A program made the translations under genes and the position numbers. The notes beneath the pieces are model-generated. The model was not told the DNA's origin. It saw only the letters and a list, made by a program, of their open reading frames with translations, and ran no database searches. A DNA stretch of 64,000 bases, taken from the NCBI RefSeq assembly GCF_006345805.1, contig NC_043002.1:97836001-97900000 (forward strand), given 5' to 3'. The DNA is from Octopus sinensis (taxonomy: Eukaryota). Of this stretch, positions 61,355 through 64,000 are shown piece after piece (the first letter of the stretch is position 1; each line of letters opens with the position of its first letter).

Positions 61355-61520
61355 ACATAGGCGTGGATGTATGGTGTGAAGTTTGATTCCCAACTGCATG
61401 GTCCCGGGGTCACTCCCACTGCGTGGCACTTTGGACAAGTGTCTTGTACTCTAACTCCAGGCCATCCAAACCTTTGTGAGTGGATCTGGTAGGCGGAAAC
61501 TGAAAGAAGCCCGTCCTACA
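61355..61520 (+). mobile_element. SINE family C, 5' half
   Basis: Diverged head and CORE-like block, then microsatellite. Confidence 0.75.
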
Positions 61521-61545
61521 TGCACGTACACATAAACAGACACAC

Positions 61546-61602
<57 letters not shown>

Positions 61603-61734
61603 ATATATATATATATATAATATATATATATATATATGTATATATATAGAATATATATATATAATATATATATTATATATATATATACATATACATATAT
61701 ACACAATATATATGTTTATATATGTATATACACA

Positions 61735-61767
<33 letters not shown>

Positions 61768-61994
61768 GTGTGTGTGTATGGTGGCCCATATCACTCTGGA
61801 TTTTATCCTTTGGCTTGTCCAGCATGGGAGATACCCCCACCCAAAAGGAACTTGCTCTTCGTTGGCATAAATCAGCCATTGAGCAACAACAAGGATTGAA
61901 CCTTCTGGTGGTAATAGACGTTGACGTCATTTTAAAGATTAGAGAAAAATATCACCAACCCCGGACTAATGAGAACTCTACTGGTACTAAATTG

Positions 61995-62318
61995 GCACTC
62001 CGTCGGTTACGATGACGCATGTTCTAGGTGATCCGTTCAACGCAACAGTCTGCTCCTGGAATTAATGTGCAAGTGGCTGAGCACTCCACAGGCATGCGTA
62101 TCCTTAACGTAGTTCTCAGGGAGAATCAGAGTGACACAAAGTGTGACACAGCTGGCACTATAGAATACAAGTGCCACTAATTTATACTAGCTGGGTGGAT
62201 GGACTGGAGCAACGTGAAATAAAGTGTCTTCCTCAAGGACACAACGCATCGCCGGGAATTGAACTCACGACCATACGATCCCGAGCCAAATGCCCTAACC
62301 ACTAAGCTACGCACCTTC
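61995..62318 (-). mobile_element. Chimeric SINE: family-F (CORE-like) head with family-A tail
   Basis: Head matches 22550-22857; the 3' 180 nt match the family A tail ending CGTAACCGACGGAGTGC. Confidence 0.75.
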
Positions 62319-62657
62319 ACCTGCAGATACACCAACTGGATTATAGTTTAACATTTATACACGTAAATACTGTGGAACTTATATATATATATATGAGTAA
62401 AAACTCACTACTAGTCTTGAGAAGCCGGCCCTTCTCAAAACCATGAAGGACACAGTGTTAATTAAGAAATTATAGCTACAAACCATTAATGGAAATGTAG
62501 AAATATACCGAACATTCAGATGCTCACTATGTGATGAGTACATATACATAAATACAAGGAAACACACAAACATGTATACACATACCAAGTCAGAATATAA
62601 AGATTCACTTATACAGTGACAAACATGTTCAAATACACACACACACATACACACATG

Positions 62658-62688
<31 letters not shown>

Positions 62689-62876
62689 TAGATATATATA
62701 TATATAATATAGTTGTACATAATATATATATATATATTATGTACAAATATATATATATATATATATATAGATATATAAACACGTACATATATATCTATAT
62801 ATACGTACAAATAGCTATATATATGTACAAATATATACATATATATATGTATATATATATATGTACAAATTATTAT

Positions 62877-63241
62877 TCTTTACTCTTTACTCTTTTACTT
62901 GTTTCAGTCATTTGACTGCGGCCATGCTGGAGCACACCTTTTAGTACTTATTCTATCGGTCTCTTTTTGCCGAACCGCTAAGTGACGGGGACGTAAAACA
63001 CCAGCATCGGTGTGTCAAGCAATAGGGGGACAAACACAGACACACAAACACACACACATATACATATATATACATATATACGACAGGCTTCTTTCAGTTT
63101 CCGTCTACCAAATCCACTCACAAGGCATTGGTCGGCCCGGGGCACAGCAGAAGACACTTGCCAAGATGCCACGCCGTGGGAATGAACCCGCAACCGTGTG
63201 GTTGGTTAGCAAGCTACTTACCACACAGCCACTCCTGCGCC
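62877..63241 (-). mobile_element. SINE family C
   Basis: Nearly full length, small internal deletion. Confidence 0.9.
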
Positions 63242-63284
63242 TATATATATATATATATATATGTACAAATATATATATATATGT

Positions 63285-63333
<49 letters not shown>

Positions 63334-63486
63334 TGTACAAATATATATATATATATACGATATACATATATATATATCCATTACAGACACACACACTTGC
63401 ATATATGTCTATGTACCTACATAACAAAAAATGTGTGTGCATGTATATGTCTGTGTGTGTGCGTGAGAGAGCGAGAAAGCAAGAGT

Positions 63487-63520
<34 letters not shown>

Positions 63521-63531
63521 GAGAGAGAGAG

Positions 63532-63573
<42 letters not shown>

Positions 63574-63879
63574 CTACCCGTGGCTGCCAAGAGAACTATT
63601 TAACCACACAGACATGTCTGCACCTGGAACGTGTTGACTAAAGAAGTATTGTTGTTTTAATCACCATGACAACAACAGCAACAACGATGATGGCAATGAC
63701 AGCGAAGGGGACGACGACGACGACGACGACGGGACGGCAATAACAGCGACAAAAATAACAGTGTTCACTCAGCCACCACCCACTACAGTACTCGCCACCC
63801 CCGAAAAAAAAATCAACCAGCTCATCAAAAGAGAACACGGGTCCAAGGCTGAAACCTCTAATTGTTCTTTTCTACTCTA

Positions 63880-64000
63880 AGGCACAAGGACTGAAATGTT
63901 GGGGGAGTGTGTGTGGGGGGTGGGTGGGCAGTCGATTAGATCGACTACAGTACGCATCTGGTACTTAATTTATCGACCGCGAAAGGATGAATGGCAAAGT
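63880..64000 (-). mobile_element. SINE family M, cut by window end
   Basis: GTCGATTAGATCGAC..CAGT..CTGGTACTTAATTTATCGACC.CGAAAGGATGAATGGCAAAGT. Confidence 0.8.

Noticed and set aside
5806-63241. Apparent minus-strand bias of family C SINEs suggesting a host intron
   Set aside because: Roughly 9 minus versus 5 plus copies; too few to be meaningful.
54-63838. Most ORFs in the supplied track (poly-YI, HT, CV, SIYL, ER, poly-E/K/S/F)
   Set aside because: They are translations of microsatellites or SINE bodies with no protein-like composition or motifs.

Overview
AT-rich, repeat-saturated animal (non-bacterial) DNA with one 100-N scaffold gap (2772-2871). I cannot support any host protein-coding exon. 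Almost all supplied ORFs are microsatellite artefacts. The repeat content (abundant tRNA-derived SINEs, dense (TA)/(CA)/(GATA) tracts) resembles a coleoid cephalopod, probably Octopus; this is inference from recall, not a search. Recognisable elements: (1) two 5'-truncated R4/Dong-like non-LTR retrotransposons (RT plus CCHC and PD-(D/E)xK endonuclease) in (AAT)n-type tracts, plus a stacked 3'-UTR remnant; (2) two RTE-type LINE fragments, one with a ~50-bp diverged target-site duplication; (3) an internally deleted mariner with both TIRs; (4) a Buster/Charlie-type hAT relic; (5) a decayed Penelope-like RT/GIY-YIG relic; (6) several non-autonomous Helitrons; (7) at least 4-5 modular SINE families. 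The most notable signal is a set of short dispersed elements carrying minimal type-I hammerhead-ribozyme motifs. There are four sequence families, some with variant cores (CUGUNGA, CCGACGA). One is a tRNA-headed SINE whose hammerhead tail is duplicated in inverted orientation, with the whole unit bounded by a perfect 13-bp direct repeat. This suggests Penelope-mobilised, ribozyme-bearing SINEs or retrozymes. Ribozyme activity and novelty are untested.
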